DNA from: Asterionella formosa
Taxonomy: Eukaryota
Direction of reading: 5' to 3'
DNA length: 64,000 bases
NCBI GenBank assembly: GCA_002256025.1
Contig: NKIB01007262.1
Span: 1-64,000, forward strand
The notes under the pieces were generated by a model. The model did not search any database. It saw only the letters and a list, made by a program, of their open reading frames with translations, and was not told the DNA's origin. The number at the start of each line of letters is the position of its first letter. The first letter of the stretch is position 1. Positions 23,478-35,944 of this stretch are shown one piece after another. Position numbers and translations under genes: made by a program.

Positions 23478-24929
23478 TGTTGAAATTGCGTCCCAAAGCC
23501 TTCTATTGCTTTCTTGTATCCTTTGGTTCCCTGTCATTCTTATGATCTCCTGAATTCTTACAGCTGTTGGGTTTAGTTGTTACGTCGAACCTATGGTTAG
23601 AGAGAACATTGTTTGACTTGGTGATATTCTTTCGGTATTGATCATTGCCAAGCGACTGTTGAGTATTAAGCCTGGTAAGAGTTGATCCAGCCATATTTGG
23701 CCTTATCTGCATGACAGGTATCAGTAGGCCAGGAATTGACTGAAAGCCTGTTCACAAAATCTATCTTGTAGCTTCATATCAGTCTCTTCTTCATACCCAT
23801 CCATGGCTGACTTGGTGATGATTATGGGTCCTCCAATTTGTGACTTGGCTGAGCATATCTCATGCCACAAGAAATCTCTTGGTATAGTCTTGTAGACTTT
23901 CTCCTTCCTTTTGCTTTGTAGTTAATAGTGTTCTCATCGCATATAAAATGATCGACATTAAAAATGGATTCTCCTGATGGTTTAGTGCATGTTCTTTAAT
24001 TGCAATAAGCAATATTATTGGGTTATTTTCAATCCTAATATAATTCGATCTTGCTTTGATCTTGTTCTTCATGGCTTTGTTGCATCTTTCCCAGAACAAT
24101 GCATATGCCTCGGTTTTACTATTTTTATAGATCTGTACCCTCTTGCTGTAAGCATTATAATCGGCCTTAAACTCGATTTTAAATTGTCGATTCTCTACTG
24201 TGTGATCTTCTTCTGTTGTTGCAAAGCCCAAGCAACTGCATTCTTGGCTTCCATGCTGATGTGTTAATTGGTTCTAACAACTTGAGCGCGGTTCCTATGT
24301 TGTTGCCATAATCGAATACTTTCTTGATGTAGTTGATCAGTTACTCTGTGGTAGTTTCATAATCAGATGCCTGTTTCGCCGATCCAAGGTAGTAATAGTT
24401 ATAGTCATTGATGGACCCCTTGTTGGAATGGGATGCATTATTGCTCCCTCCCTTGGCTTGGAACTTGCCCTTGACTTGAGCCTTCTTGCTTGGTGAACCT
24501 TCCTTTGCCACTCATTTTGCGCCTTTTGCGCCTTCTTCATACTTTTTATGGTTTGGTACGCTCAACTCTTGACTCCGGACTCTTCACAGTCCGCTTGATG
24601 TTGTTTCTTGACTTGCGGCGCTTCCTGGCTGGATAATTCAATTTAAACTGTTGAAATTGCATCCCAAAGCCTTCTAATGCTTTCTTGTATCCTGTAAGGA
24701 CACGTCAGGGACCAAATAGGCTGTAGATATGAACAACGATGTTGCAGAGGTCGATTGTAACCATTCCTAAAAGTTTTATATGAAATATGGGTTTTACTCT
24801 GGTAGTGCAGATTTTCGAATTCTGTTCTTGGTACCTTTTGATTCATTCGATTCCATATACATATAAACCGTATGTATGTACTGTAGGTAATTTCATACCG
24901 CGATGTCTGCTTAGATAATTTCTCCAACA
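23478..24929 (-). mobile_element. Internally deleted Copia element C with 5-bp TSD CTATT
   Basis: CTATT at 23473-23477 and 24930-24934. LTR 24649-24929 (TGTTG...CAACA). 23478-23522 repeats the LTR end with 2 mismatches. Decayed gag (AYALFWERCNKAMKNKIKAR...KQKEGESLQDYTKRF). Confidence 0.92.
24649..24929 (-). repeat. 5' LTR of Copia element C (281 bp)
   Basis: TGTTG/CAACA termini, TSD adjacent, partial second copy at 23478. Confidence 0.9.
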
Positions 24930-25055
24930 CTATTGGACCCAGAGGGAGCAACAGACATGATCAGGTACACCAGGTACCGTGGGGGTCGTCCTTCCCGCCA
25001 TCTCTCTTTGCTTCATCGTTGAGTCTGTTTCATATAGCACATACAGCAGCACAGC

Positions 25056-26182
25056 ATGCAAAGTGTGTTCGCTTGCATGATTGGAGTGTTCTTGTTAAAC
25101 TCTGCTTCAGTTGGAGCTTTTGTTAGCAGCGTCACAAAGCAACGGCGTGTTGCCCAATTGTGCAGCCACTTTGCTAGTATGGCAGCTTCTGATTTGACTG
25201 GCAAGACTTGCATCTCCCTTCAAGATGCACTCCAAGCCCATCGGGACCTCAATGTGAAGTTTATCGACGGATCTTGGTTCTTGGTGAAGACTCGGATTGC
25301 TCGAGAGGAATATGAAGCAGGTCCACGGATCGAAGGAGCCCAATTCTTTGATATCGATGATGTTTGCTCGAAGGGCCCGGCTCTCAATCCAAAGGGCCTC
25401 AAGCACATGATGCCACCCAAGGAGCTATTTGCGGCTGCCATGGACGCAATGGGCGTGACAAACGATAATCATCTGGTGGTGTACGGGTCGAAGGGATGTG
25501 TAAGTATTCGCTGTTGTCGCTGGTAGACTTTTCCGGAGAAATCTCATCACGTCATATCCGACACTTACAGATGATGACTCATCGGGCATGGTGGCAGATC
25601 AGGAACATGGGACACGCACCTGAAAAGATTCATCTCATGGCAGGTTCACTCGATGAGTGGATTGCCGCTGGCGGGGCCACAGAAGAGGGGCCAACCAAAG
25701 CTCTGGACTGTAATGATTTGGACCTTTCCAAACCCGCATCATATCTAGCCACTGACCCTCAAAATATTGTCGACATGCAAGGGATGCTCAAGATAATCGA
25801 GGAAGGAGATAGGTCAGACTCCATTATTATTGATGCACGAGCCAAGGAGCGATTTTTGGGCTTAGTGGAGGAACCTAGACCCGGAATGCGATTAGGCCAT
25901 ATGCCGAGAGCTAAGAATATTCCTTTCATGTCGCTCATTGATCCAGACAATGTATTGCAATTCAAACCTAAGGAGGAAATCGCTGCAATAATCAGGGAGG
26001 CTGGTGTGGACGTCGATTCACCAAAAAAAATTGTTGTATCATGTGGGTCAGGGGCGACCGCATGTGCAGTCGTGGCAGCCTTGGAGGTACTCGGACGAAG
26101 TCCATTACAAAATTATGTTTACGACGGAAGCTGGGCTGAGTGGGGTGCCGAAGCCGAGACTCCCATCGTCAAGAACGATTAG
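25056..26182 (+). CDS. Tandem-rhodanese 3-mercaptopyruvate/thiosulfate sulfurtransferase, plastid-type presequence; intron 25500-25570
   Basis: FIDGSW, PRIEGAQFFDID, HMMPP, IIDARAKERFLG..EEPRPG.R.GHMP, active-site loop CGSGATA, VYDGSWAEW. N-terminus ...SASVGA|FV. Confidence 0.93.
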
Positions 26183-26323
26183 GAATGCTTCGAGTGGCTT
26201 AAACGAAAGGAGTGAATCCCACCAATATTAAATGAATACATTCACTACGCCACACCTATCGTAAAAGGTCGTACTCTATCAGATACGATATGAAGTATAG
26301 CATGCATTGGAAATTACAGTACA

Positions 26324-29300
26324 TTATACCATTCTAGAAAAGTAGCGAAGCAGACAGAGAGTGTGCTGAGTCTTTTCACGAAGCGTCCCAGAAGCATTGT
26401 CTTGGACGTTTTTTAGTTCATGAATGGTCGCTAGCAGCTCCTGGCGTTCTCGGACAATGTCAGGTGCCAAGTCTCCACCGTCGTTGCCATCCGTGCTCCC
26501 TTTGATCGAGTCGTCAATACCTGCAATTACGTTGGAGTGCAAGTACAAAAATCGAGCCATGTAGGCATTCACAGCTTCAAATCGTTGCCTCGATTGGCAT
26601 GTCTCCACAAGCCATAAGGCAGCCATGTGAAGTAGCGGAAGCCCGCCTTCGAGATCGTGCATACCAGTACACAAAGTGGACAGTGACACATCAATGGCAG
26701 AGGGACCAAGTGTTACTATATGTTCGGTGACCTCTTGAAACGAGCGGGGAGTTTTCTCAAAACACTGGCGCAACAGTGCTGCAAGATGTGAACGATGGTG
26801 AACCACAACTTTGCGTTTCTTTGAGTGCGGGGCAATTTCTTTTGTGGCATCATCACGGTCGCGCTTTTCACCTGCTTCTGAAGGTGCTAACGAAGGAACT
26901 CCATCAATCATTTCTTCATCTCCTCCATCGTCTGACCAGGCAGCTGCCCACTCTTCGTCGTGGTGGTTTCCGTTCTCAATTACATTTCTTTCCTCTTGAC
27001 TTGCACCCATTGCTGGCTCGCCTCCTCTCCACTGCAAAAAGAAAGGAGCTGATGGGGGCTTCTTCGGTGCCTCTGACGGTTTGTTCCGCTCCTTAACAAG
27101 TTCCAGGTAAAATAAGTTCTTCCAATGAGCAGGTGGTAGCCCACTCATAGTGATAAGTCCATCCTCCTTTGGCACAATCGGGGATTTGAAATCGATTTCC
27201 TCGCCAACAACATCCTTTGGGTTCTCTTGGCTGTATGAATACCCAGCTGCTCTTGAGTCTTCTCCATTCTCTTCAGCAAATGGTATAGGTTCGTCCATCA
27301 TGATAGGTTTAGTTGGGGGATTAGCTCCATCGACATGAACTGTCTGGTAGAATGAGCGATCACTCCACATGCTGAGACCGACTCGACCCGCATGAATTGT
27401 AGCCAAGAATTCACCTGTTGGACTCAGTGAAAGCGAAGTTGGCGGAGTATGAAAAGACAACCAATCGATACATGTATTTGTAGGTACATCCCACACTCGT
27501 ATAGTGCTGTCAAGTGATGAAGTAAAGAGTGTTCGGCCATCGGGACTGAATCCAATATCACTAATGGGACCTGTATGCCCTTGATTCTCGCCCTTTCCAA
27601 ATCGCCTTACTATTTGAAGTGACTCACAATCAAACAAGACAACCGTAAAGTCATCCAGCGCGATTGCTGCCAGATCTGAATCTTTCACATGACACATTTT
27701 GGTAGCAGGAGCAGGCAACCTGTACGGGGATCGTTTGTGTGGCGCATGTGTGCTAAAGTTCCACAAAATGAGTTTGGCATCACTTCCAACAGAAATCAAC
27801 GTCTTGTTGACGGAGTCCACCGCCAGTCCAGTGACAGTAGCATTTCGATGCGATGCCATCTTGAGTTTAGCAAGTCTCTTTTCTTCCGCCAAATGATCGC
27901 GAATTGCATTGTGTTCCTCCTTGTCCTTGTCTGACATTCGATTCGAAATTTTCATCTGTTTTTCCAGCGCCCTCATCGTACGACCGACATCACCAGCTAC
28001 CTTGAAATGTCGGACTGACCGTTCTTCTTTTTCTAGAGGTGGAAATGCTCCACGAGGCAGCCCTGACTGGACGTTATACTTGTAAATTGTCCCCCCTCGC
28101 GTCCCCACAACTGCAAAACTCCCACACGACGACATGGTGACAGCTGTTGCATGTGCCGCTCTCGGTGGAGGTACTTGCATGGCACTTATATTCCAACTCT
28201 GCTGTCGCAAAACTGGTCCGGACTGAGCTCCTCGTTTTGTGGACCACACATATGCCATCGCATGGTTTTTATGAATAGTCACCAAATCTCCCCAATCTCT
28301 CGATCTGGCTTGCGACGTCGCCATGCTTGAAATCGGTGGGAGCAAGAATTCTGTTTTGGAGGCCATTCCTAATGCTTTTGATTTCTTCTCCAGCCCCTTG
28401 CCTTGCGAAAATTCTTTATCCAAGACGGTTCGGGCCGTCGAGAACATGCGAAGCGAGCGGTCGTTGGATCCTCCACTAAGGATCTGACAGGCACTCGCAT
28501 CCGTTCCATCGGCGGCTTGTTGCAGTAAACCACCTGTTGCAAGGTGCAAATATTGAATGCAGGAAGGTGGTGCTGTGTGTCCCTGTCTTGACTTTAGCAG
28601 CCGTCCCGAATGGTCTGGATTGTCAAAGACATGCTGAAGGACAGAATTACTTGCACACCCAGACGATAACAATAGGGGCTCTTGCTGAAAATAATTTAAC
28701 TTTCTCACTCCTCCAGGATGTACATTCTTGAGCTCAGTGAGGAGAGTTCGTCCCGTTCCCCCCTCATCACTTGGAGATAGGTCCCAAATACTGATGGTTC
28801 CATCCGCTCGTCCCACTGCCAATGGCGCGATTCCATATCTTGCCGCTGACCCGTCAGTCCTAAAACTCATACTGTTTACTTTAGATTGGTGATGGAGTGT
28901 GAAAAGTTTCTGGTCGTGCTTGAGGTTGACGAGGTGTACCTTGCCGTCCAATGTCCCCACCGCAATTGTATCTACAGCAGGTGATTGTTCCAGTGCTGTG
29001 ACGTCGTCTTGGCTCACACATACAAAATTATGAATAATTTTGGAGGTTCGGACATTGACTAGGAGCAATCCAAGTTTCCCCCCCACAGCTATTTTATTGA
29101 GATAGGTGGAAGGATGCAGAGCTGTGGTTGGTTGGAAATTCTTTGTTACTCCATTTGTGGCGCTAAGCGGAACGCGTCGTTGAATTTCGAGGGAGTCTCG
29201 CGTTGCGAGCAGAAGCACAACTTGACCAAGACTACCGACACTGTCGTCATCATCGTCTGTTTCCTCATCTAATTCCCCCACAATTGGAACTTTGGCAGTA

Positions 29301-29920
29301 TCTTCGTCATCGTCACCACTCCTTTCCTTGCGCAAGACAGCGGCTACCACAAGTGCATTCTCCATGGTTCCCTCTTTCTCCTCACTTCCTCGCACTTTGA
29401 TTCTCCCCAAATGCAGCAAGTCCACAATCTTCCATCGCTTACTAGGAGCGAGAGTCACAGTGTGAACAGATTTTGTTCGTCCATACAAAGTGACGTGGGT
29501 CGCCCCGTGTGAGCCGTGGCTCACAACACTCACGCTAAGCGACGCGTCACTGATGACAGCAGAGACAACGTGTCCAGACCCGGGGACAGCCTGGCTCACT
29601 AGTACTGGATGAAGGCGATCACATTGGAGCATATGAAACCGTTCGCCAATTGGAATCACAGCCATGGCGTTGCTGGAATTCTGGTGTTCTACCAAAAAGT
29701 AGGGTGCACCCGATGAGACAACACCCAAGGATCGATAGGGCAAGAATAGTCGAGAGTGATTACATATGCTGGATGCCAAAGATACGGGAGTCTGTCTTGC
29801 TGATTTTTGCTTCTTCTGCTCATCGTCGCTGCTGACTGGATTGGCAGATCTGACCGACGAGTCGTCGGCAGAAGACTCACCACCCAAATGGGCGGTAGCT
29901 GGGGAATGAGCACTTGCCAT
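26324..29920 (-). CDS. UTP21: U3 snoRNA-associated WD40 protein 21 / WDR36
   Basis: SRLFLPYRSLG, HPSTYLNKI, QSPAVDTIAVG, CGSFAVVG...IYKYNVQSG, KERNKP.EAPKKP.SAPFFL, LGPSAID. First ATG at 29920. Confidence 0.95.
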   Translation of the reverse strand: MASAHSPATAHLGGESSADDSSVRSANPVSSDDEQKKQKSARQTPVSLASSICNHSRLFLPYRSLGVVSSGAPYFLVEHQNSSNAMAVIPIGERFHMLQCDRLHPVLVSQAVPGSGHVVSAVISDASLSVSVVSHGSHGATHVTLYGRTKSVHTVTLAPSKRWKIVDLLHLGRIKVRGSEEKEGTMENALVVAAVLRKERSGDDDEDTAKVPIVGELDEETDDDDDSVGSLGQVVLLLATRDSLEIQRRVPLSATNGVTKNFQPTTALHPSTYLNKIAVGGKLGLLLVNVRTSKIIHNFVCVSQDDVTALEQSPAVDTIAVGTLDGKVHLVNLKHDQKLFTLHHQSKVNSMSFRTDGSAARYGIAPLAVGRADGTISIWDLSPSDEGGTGRTLLTELKNVHPGGVRKLNYFQQEPLLLSSGCASNSVLQHVFDNPDHSGRLLKSRQGHTAPPSCIQYLHLATGGLLQQAADGTDASACQILSGGSNDRSLRMFSTARTVLDKEFSQGKGLEKKSKALGMASKTEFLLPPISSMATSQARSRDWGDLVTIHKNHAMAYVWSTKRGAQSGPVLRQQSWNISAMQVPPPRAAHATAVTMSSCGSFAVVGTRGGTIYKYNVQSGLPRGAFPPLEKEERSVRHFKVAGDVGRTMRALEKQMKISNRMSDKDKEEHNAIRDHLAEEKRLAKLKMASHRNATVTGLAVDSVNKTLISVGSDAKLILWNFSTHAPHKRSPYRLPAPATKMCHVKDSDLAAIALDDFTVVLFDCESLQIVRRFGKGENQGHTGPISDIGFSPDGRTLFTSSLDSTIRVWDVPTNTCIDWLSFHTPPTSLSLSPTGEFLATIHAGRVGLSMWSDRSFYQTVHVDGANPPTKPIMMDEPIPFAEENGEDSRAAGYSYSQENPKDVVGEEIDFKSPIVPKEDGLITMSGLPPAHWKNLFYLELVKERNKPSEAPKKPPSAPFFLQWRGGEPAMGASQEERNVIENGNHHDEEWAAAWSDDGGDEEMIDGVPSLAPSEAGEKRDRDDATKEIAPHSKKRKVVVHHRSHLAALLRQCFEKTPRSFQEVTEHIVTLGPSAIDVSLSTLCTGMHDLEGGLPLLHMAALWLVETCQSRQRFEAVNAYMARFLYLHSNVIAGIDDSIKGSTDGNDGGDLAPDIVRERQELLATIHELKNVQDNASGTLREKTQHTLCLLRYFSRMV

Positions 29921-30708
29921 TGTGGTCACTCTACAGGCGAAACAAAATGTACGATCTCCCCGAAGATTTGCTTTTGGTCAAACTCGTAAAGAGTTGCTGC
30001 ACTAGAAAAGAAGGTATTGATATGATATATCCGACATGATCGTTTGCCAGGCAGGCAGAGGAAAATCAAAAGTATCAGTGATCATCATCATGTCGTCGTC
30101 TTGCATTCTTCTCGACAAAAAAATTTATTTTAGTAACATAAAATGCATGGTCCTGTGTACGGTTGGGAAAATAAATGATTGGTGGTCTGGCCGAGCACCC
30201 GGTAGCAATAGATAAAATTACATGTCCGGGTTGTTTGAACATGCATTCGGGGACGGAAATACCTCCTCCCAACTTCCATTGTTTCTGGTATGCTGCAACG
30301 CACAAGCATAGATTACCTGGTAGCTACATACCGGTACCGGTAAGGATACATAGCTAGGAACGAGAATGAGGATGGATGATGCTCGCATGCAACACGAAAT
30401 GGTCGCAACGCAGTACCTGGTACGGTACCAGGTACATGATACCAGGTACACTACTTCTGGCATAAAACCGGTATTCATGGAAGCAGGAGAAGGCATTACC
30501 AGGGAGTACCGGTACCTGGTACCTGGTACCTGTGACCGGGACCGGTAACTTGTACTATCTGTCACACTATCAGCAACAAGCAAGAAACAAGGTCCTTTCT
30601 TGCGAGGAGCCCCTTGCAGTTGTTAGTTTGCCGTCTGTAATCATCGTGAGGGACAGCAGCATTCACATTGGTCTTGAGAGCCACACACACTGTCGTCAAT
30701 ATACAATC

Positions 30709-31965
30709 ATGGAAGATAGGACGTCTGAATTCCGTGCCCTGGCTGGTGCCATTCCGCAGGACGACCGCCTCGCTAAACCTTCGTCGATCACATCCGCCGG
30801 ACGCCCTTATGGTGCCGACACAGTATCATCTGCCGCGACCGGCCGCTATGCTGCCCTCAAATCGTCACCTGCCTATTCAGAGCTCAGAACATTTCACATC
30901 ACAGCTGCTGGGCTTTCCAAGGACATTGCTGCCACGTCGCACATGTTGGCGCAACTCACGCAGCTGGTCAAGCAAACTAGCATGTTTCACGACGATTCAG
31001 GCAGCATCAACGACTTGGTCTTGCGCATCAAAGAAAAGATTGAAAATCTGAACAGTCGCTTGGACGAAGCTGGGCAAAACATTGCCGTTCAAAAGAGGAG
31101 ATTGGGGAGAAACAGTCAGGCAGGACAAGAAGCCAGTAATTTGGTGGGACAGTTGCAAGAAGAATTTGGTCAGGCGGCGGCGGGCTTTAAAAGAGTCTTG
31201 CAGGCAAGGACTGATGCCGTGCAATCTTCTCAGGAGGACCAGAAAATGATCTACGGTAGCAGCATGGGAGGTGTGGTGAGTTTGGATAACAAACCACTTG
31301 TCTACGGTGACAGTACTGTCTCTGCCGTTAAGCAATTCCCAACTCTGGATTTGACGAGTGGTATGAGTGCAGGCGAGAGCACTACGCAACTTCCAAGGCC
31401 ACGTGAGTATTGATGCCTATTTTTGTTTCTACTCTTGGATGCTACTCACCATCATTTTTTTGCTTCTTACATGACAGACGGTACCTTTGCTGTCGGTGGT
31501 GGATCGAACATCTACAACACCCCCGGGATGCGACTCCGCAAGTCAAGTAGCGACTTACCCACTTTTTCCGCGGGCTCCTCCTCCCTCTATCAATCACAAC
31601 TTTCCGCCCCGCTCACGCCCATGGACATGGTCCGGATGGAACAAGAATCCTCAAATCAGCAATCCTTTCAATTGATTCCAGACCAGACTTATCTCCGAGA
31701 ACGTGCCGATGCCATGAGCACAGTGGAATCCAACATTGTCGAGCTAGGAATGATTTTCAATAAATTGGCGGTAATGGTGTCGGAACATCGCGAGATGGTG
31801 CAGCGTGTCGACGACAATGTCGAGGACGCCAATACGCATATTAATCTGAGTATGAATGTCTTGACTGACACCTTGACAAACCTTCAAACAAACAAGGCTT
31901 TATTTATGAAAGTTTTTGGGACCTTGGTTGCCTTCATTATTCTTTTCATCGTTTTCTTTGCGTAA
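30709..31965 (+). CDS. STX5: Syntaxin 5 (Sed5) Qa-SNARE; intron 31403-31477
   Basis: N-peptide MEDRTSEF, Habc helices, SNARE motif RADAMSTVESNIVELG.IF..LA.MV..H.EMVQRVDDNV, and C-terminal TM ending IVFFA. Confidence 0.93.
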
Positions 31966-32126
31966 AAGGAATATATGGGTCAACCTGTTGGTTTGCGACG
32001 TCAATGATTAGTAGAGAATTGTCTTCTGCATCTGTTTCTGAAGTCAACAAGCAAAGAGAGACTCCACGTACGATTAAATAAAATCTAGTGTCAATTATGA
32101 ATTTTCTAACTGTCGTCAACATACTC

Positions 32127-33058
32127 TCACTTCTTTCCACCAGTCAACAAATCTTGCATAACGCTTGCACCTTGTTGACTACCACCGGCGAGTCGCTTGG
32201 CTGTAATCGCAGCTCGATTGTCTACAACAGTGTACACTCGTCCATTCTGCTTGTCCTGTACGAGTACTTGATATTGTGGCATACAACTGTGAGTTTGTGA
32301 CCAGTATCTAATTGTATCAAGCATAACAACTTCACTGACTCACCGTAAACCATTTCACCTGCTTTCATATCACTAGATTGCTCGGCAAATACAAAGGCAT
32401 TTCCGAATTTTCCTTCCAAATTGAATCGAACTCGGCATCGCTTGGAGCCATCCTGTTCGTCGGTATATTCTGTGTGTCTGTTTTGTGTGTGAATATGGAT
32501 TTCCACTTCTAAAACCAATTCCTCACACATGATACTCACTCAACAAAATTTCTTCGACCTTCTCGATGTCCCCCATGGTCCCTTCCATATGCCTTCAAGG
32601 GATCACCGAACCGACGCGTGACCTCTCCATTTTCCTTGATTTTCGTAAAGGCCTTGTCGAAGATTTGATTGGGACTCATTTTTCTATACGCGCGTTGTGA
32701 CGGTAAGTGAGTAAACATGAAATCGAAACTAAGCAACCGATACGACTAAACCTGGTACTAGCCGCACTCACGTTGGAATCAGTTCGCGACCAATGTAGTA
32801 TGCACAACAGGCGGCGAAGACAGCGATGCCTGCCCACATACTGAGGCGCGACGCTGCAACAACTTGTTCTCCAGGAGTCAACACAATCTGAGTTTCTTCT
32901 TGCTCCGTGGTTTTTTTCTTGTCGTTCGCATCCGAAGCGAGGAATCTGAAACTGGAGCGAAGCGGCGGTGACGAGAGATGTAGTTGTGTCACGGTGGGCA
33001 GGCGCTTTGCAAATGCCAGGCGATGGCGGACACTAGACGAGACGGCGGTCCTGAGCAT
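32127..33058 (-). CDS. TIM21: Mitochondrial import inner membrane translocase subunit Tim21; introns 32684-32771, 32478-32539, 32267-32343
   Basis: Mitochondrial presequence, TM segment, ELIPT|KMSPNQIFDKAF...FGDPLKAYG...RRN...RFNLEG..G.A.VFAE...YVLVQ. The spliced frame is consistent. Confidence 0.88.
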
Positions 33059-35944
33059 GTTGATGTGGAGTGCTAGAAATGGAGAGAGAAAGCTGGGAGA
33101 CTACGGCGAGATTGGATGTTGGAAAAATGAGTGGACTTGCTTAATTTGTGGATGTTCACTTTTGTTTCACCCGACCACAGATGCATCGACTCATCTCGGG
33201 CGATGTAAGTTATGTTGGTCGTCTGTTGGAGGTTAATGATAGAGGACAGGACTACCGGTACCGGTATTATGCATAGAATATACATACTGGTAAATGATGT
33301 CCTCAAATCGGATGCTTTCCAGCTAGGCTGATTTCAGTCTAATAGACTTGATTCAGTCTGGGTTTTTAAGCCTTTGCCCACACTGGTAGCTCAATTCAAT
33401 GGATATTTCATTTCTGAAAAGTTAATCTAAATCTAAAGAACTGGAGGATTCTGGAGAAATGCATGGAAATAAGCTTATATAGGTTTTAAAAATTGCAGGT
33501 ACACCATGGGAGTCTGCCTGCCAAAATGATAAATATCTGTGCAGGATTGAGCAAAAACAAAAATTGACAATGGGCAAGGTGCTGTTGTTTCATGTGCATT
33601 TGCCCATCACTATGGGTCCGAAATCATGATTTGAACATCTCAAAAGGTCATCAACTTGAAAAAAGAATGACAGTTTTGTAGAGGGAGCACAAGAAAATCA
33701 GAGGTAAAGTGGTGGTGAGGATGGCCATTGGGATCACAGCTCCCAGGACTGTGGATGCTGCTGAAATGACTGAGTTGTATGCCCTTGAGGTGTAGTGATG
33801 TCTTCAGACACCTAAGACGCCATTTACAGCACTTTTTCGAGTTTATGTTGAAAGTGGTGAATTTTTGCTACTTTTCTAAAATAGTATGATGGCACTTTTC
33901 TTGAAATTTATTTGGGTCAAACCACAATTTATATATACTAAAATATTTATTTCACTTATCGAATAATTTCGTGATCAAACCATTAATTATTTGTGTGTTA
34001 ACAACAATATTTTTTTACCGACTAGCCATCATCACAACGGTATAATGGCAAAATGTTGTTGCTCAGTGGCTATATAATGCTGGTCTCATCACATAATTAA
34101 ATAGAAAATCACTAATATCTATTTAACTATTATTTTTACGTTTAAAAGTTCTTCTTTGATACTATCAAGTTCCAAAAAACAACACATTTGGCGGAGCTGA
34201 CCTTCAGTGACGACTTCCACAAATTGCCAGTACAATTAATTGATTCTCAATTGGCTAATAAATAACTATTTTCACATCTTTTGCTTCAACTATTCATGTT
34301 ACTGTTATAGTAGTCGTCATATTCGTTGTAGAGCTGCTGTAAAAGTTTCAAATCTGTTCACAACATCGTCATACTGAATTGTGCTTGATACCAAAATAAC
34401 ATGAAAAAATGCGCAATTGGCGACTTCAATTTTCGTTGTCAATATGATTAGTGTAATTAAAATAATTCTTTTACGATTGTATTGTCTTTGTCAAGCTTGG
34501 TTTATGTACAAAATAGGAAATCTCTGTTCTCAATTTTCATTTTTGTTTTCGTTTCCGCTATTTTCATCATGGTCAATGCTGAAATACCGACATGATGCAG
34601 GATGCTCCAAACGATCACAATGACTGCACTCTAGTAGTTTATTCTAAACATGCTTTACTAGTTCTTATCTTTTTAAGCTTGTGTGAATTTCGACCTGCAT
34701 CAACTACTCAATGACTTTTTGCTAGGCCTACCAAGCGCAATAAGCATTTGCCAAGAGAATGATTCATGTGAGCAGCCATCAAGTCTTGCAGCAATGAAAT
34801 GATGGAACAATGATTCCATGATGTGTACTGGTAAGTGTGTTGATCGTGATGCATGTATCAAAATTCTTTCAAACACACTTGAACTCACGAAAAACGTATC
34901 CGCGTATTCCATAAATTAATTAAGCCTTTTGTAGGATACTACCGTACTATGACCTACATAGTACCAGGCAGCTACCGGACATCGACCAGGTGACCGCTGT
35001 GAAGATAATTTTCACTATAACTTGGATCGAAAATCACTAGTTTCACCGTGTTTGTCTTGATGATAGGCAGTTTGATCATCATGCTCTCAAATACTGGACA
35101 ATTATCAGGTGGAGCTACATAGACTTGTGGTACTTTGTCCGGTAGAACTGAACTGATGAGAATATAGGAAATATAAAAAATATGTTTTATATGATGGGCG
35201 ATAACAAGCTAAAACAGAAGTCCATGGAGGGGCTATAGATATCAGTAAACCAAATTCCTCAAATAAATGGCAGTCCTAGCTAATTGGCAGACTAATCTAG
35301 GGGCTATTGAAAATGTTGAAGGTAGTTTGGCAAATCCAAAAATGGAGCATATGAAATATACAAAATATGTTTATATGAAAGGCAATTACAGAATTGAGTC
35401 ATTCAAAACTGCTGTATGAAATATCCATAATATTCTCATACTTTTGTGTACTTGACTTGGGGGCGGCCCTTGCAGGTTGGCTGACTTTCTCGCAGTGCCC
35501 AATACTCGCAGGTAGTCGTCTCCACCCTTGGTTCTTGTGTCTCACCTTCAGCATACCGGTATATAGTTCATTGATATATAATGTAGGAGCATACCTGCAG
35601 TAGTCTAGCTAATATAGGAGGCAATGTATATGCATTATTTGCAAAGAAATCCCAAAAGACTTTAACTTTAGTATGGTATGCAACTGGTAGTACTGGTGTT
35701 CGGTCCCCTGCAGGCACGCTACCGGTAAAATTGTTGGTGCCAGGAAGCTCTGGGTATTGCCGTATGTACTACCGGTATACCGGTATATTATTTGATTAAA
35801 AAGTCCTCTTGAGTCAAGTGAGTCACTCCGTTTTGCTCCATTTGTCAACGTCCCTTTGCAAGCTGTTTATCATGTATAGATGCTTCTCCACTTTGCTCCA
35901 CCACTGCACAACTTCTCCTAAATGGCTGCATCAAGAAACGAGGA

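Noticed and set aside
33350..35400. AT-rich block with weak internal duplications (~35165 vs ~35352)
   Set aside because: No ORF, termini or motif could be supported; likely decayed repeat DNA.
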